From: Alkalispirochaeta sp.
GTDB taxonomy: Bacteria; Spirochaetota; Spirochaetia; DSM-27196; Alkalispirochaetaceae
Assembly: GCA_965242725.1 (NCBI GenBank)
Contig: CBDESZ010000004.1
Span: 224,001 to 288,000 of the forward strand
DNA length: 64,000 bases
Direction of reading: 5' to 3'
In this document: positions 62,474 through 64,000 of the stretch, piece after piece
Position numbering within the stretch: the stretch's first letter is position 1
How the letters are laid out: each line of letters starts with the position of its first letter
Made by a program: the position numbers and the translations under genes
The notes under the pieces: generated by a model
What the model was told of the DNA's origin: nothing
The model's database searches: none
Seen by the model: only the letters and a program-made list of their open reading frames with translations

Positions 62474-62611
62474 GTTCTCTCTTTTTTCTTTCTATAATTG
62501 AACTTGCGTTCTGCCCGGCTACTGTCCCCGCCCACAGCCGCAGCCCGCCTCAGGGGGTGACATGCAACGGCCGATCTTTACCATTCATGGAAGCCGCTGC
62601 ATAATATGACC

Positions 62612-63187
62612 ATGTTGTCTCCGAAGGAAGAAGAACGATACAGCTGGTCCGACTACCTCGCCTGGCCCGAAGGCGAGCGGTACGAGCTCATCGACGGCGT
62701 CGTCTACGCCATGAGTCCGGCGCCGCGACGGCGGCATCAGGAAACATGTCGGGCTATCTTTCGTCAGATCGACCGTTCTCTTGCCGGAAAATCATGTGAG
62801 GTTTACTTCGCGCCCTTCGATGTAAAGCTCAGCGGCGACGAAGACGACGACGCCCCCACAGTGGTGCAGCCGGATATCACCGTTACCTGTGACAAGTCTA
62901 AACTCACCACGCAGGGAATGACCGGTCCCCCCGATCTGGTGGTGGAAATCGTCTCGCCCGACAGCGGCCTCATCGACCGTCGCCGCAAGTTTGACCTATA
63001 CGAGCGCTTCGGCGTCCAGGAGTACTGGATCGTCGATCAGGACGAGCGGGTCGTGGAAGTCTATCGGCTTGGGAACGACGGATCGTATCGGCGGAGCGGC
63101 GTCTATGGGCCGGAGGAAACGGTAACCTCCACTGCGGTCACAGACCTCTCGATTTCACTGACGGAGGTCTTTGCGGAGGACGACTGA
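62612..63187 (+). CDS. Uma2 family (PD-(D/E)XK) putative endonuclease
   Basis: RYELIDG, MSPAP..H, VVQPDI, PDLVVEIVSP, K..LY..GVQEYWIVD. Start 62606 or 62612; promoter TTTACC-17-CATAAT favours 62612. Confidence 0.92.
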   Translation: MLSPKEEERYSWSDYLAWPEGERYELIDGVVYAMSPAPRRRHQETCRAIFRQIDRSLAGKSCEVYFAPFDVKLSGDEDDDAPTVVQPDITVTCDKSKLTTQGMTGPPDLVVEIVSPDSGLIDRRRKFDLYERFGVQEYWIVDQDERVVEVYRLGNDGSYRRSGVYGPEETVTSTAVTDLSISLTEVFAEDD

Positions 63188-63407
63188 GCGCCGCGACGGT
63201 GTTCTCAGCGCGCGACCATGAGCCGCGTGTGCCACAACGTGAAATTAATATGAAAATTTTCTCAATCCCGCCTGAAAACAAGATACTTCGCCAGAAGTGA
63301 GATAGTATCTCCTTCATAACCAAAAGTCACAGTAATGGGACGTACCGGCGTGTACTCAACCGGATGGTTTCCGCCTAAGAGGCGGGAGACCAGGAAGAAG
63401 GAATACT

Positions 63408-64000
63408 GTGATACTTCGTGACATACTTGCCCCTACTCACCTCAGGAGTCTGATAATCCTTTCGTTTATTGTCTCCCTGTTCGTTTTTCCCGTCGGAGTA
63501 TCTGCCGAGACCGGGCCGAGTCTCCGCCATGGCCCGCTGATCTCGACGATCCGGTATGTGGACAACGTGGTACGCATCAGCGGTGAGCGTCTGGAAGGAA
63601 TCGAGACTCGGTGGGGTGATGAACAGCGGCAAATGACCGTTCTTCTCCGTGCAGGTCGGACCGGTCCCGACGGCGTCGTGATCGAGGGAAGCAGCTCCCT
63701 GATCCGTGCGGTGACGGTCGTTCCGGAGGAGCTGGACGAGCCGGATGTGCTGACGCGGCTCTTCCGGGAGCCGCCGGTGGGCGATCTGTTTGTGGAAATA
63801 GAGCTGACCCAACCGGCCTTTCAGGTAGTTTCGGTATCACCGGATGCACGCACCATGACAATGCACTTTCAGACGGCGGATATGGCCGGGGAGAACCGGG
63901 CAGGGGCGGAAGACGCCGACGGTGGATACGCCACGGTGAGCCTGCAGTACGGCGACGCCGAGGGGATCGCGTCTATCCTGCGGCGGCTGGTGGACCGGGG
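63408..64000 (+). CDS. Exported protein, probable secretin (GspD/PilQ-like) N-terminus; runs off the window edge
   Basis: Not in the ORF track. GTG 63408 after AAGGA, open to the end, signal peptide (..VGVSA-E). Final residues TVSLQYGDAEGIASILRRLV resemble a Secretin_N repeat. Confidence 0.55.
   Translation, partial: MILRDILAPTHLRSLIILSFIVSLFVFPVGVSAETGPSLRHGPLISTIRYVDNVVRISGERLEGIETRWGDEQRQMTVLLRAGRTGPDGVVIEGSSSLIRAVTVVPEELDEPDVLTRLFREPPVGDLFVEIELTQPAFQVVSVSPDARTMTMHFQTADMAGENRAGAEDADGGYATVSLQYGDAEGIASILRRLVDR

Noticed and set aside
62606..63187. Uma2 nuclease as part of a defence island or mobile element
   Set aside because: It is solitary, with no methylase, integrase, flanking repeats or partner genes.

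Overview
GC-rich chromosomal window, most likely from a free-living spirochaete (Spirochaetaceae-like; inferred from gene content and gene order). It is densely packed with housekeeping genes: rluA, prfC, uup-like ABC-F, korDABC, dapL, dinB, ddl/murE/murD/femX, hflKC, metG, folC, feoAB, fabV and a DEAD-box helicase. I found no rRNA, tRNA, CRISPR array, transposase or prophage gene. Most notable: (1) a translationally coupled PAP2-like/unknown/rnfC-D-(G stub)-E-A operon whose membrane redox-cofactor ligands all appear lost, with no rnfB and an unannotated 59-aa stub in the rnfG position; (2) an unannotated 32-aa hydrophobic peptide gene with its own promoter, structured leader and terminator; (3) pervasive leaderless-type promoter geometry; (4) a sigma54 promoter with candidate enhancer sites driving an Hsp20 pair; (5) divergent HisD and MEMO1-like proteins with altered metal ligands; (6) a DtxR-like operator on feoAB. 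Many single-base homopolymer frameshifts, concentrated at about 43-53 kb and breaking essential genes, look like sequencing errors rather than pseudogenes. All family assignments come from motif recognition by eye; no database search was run.
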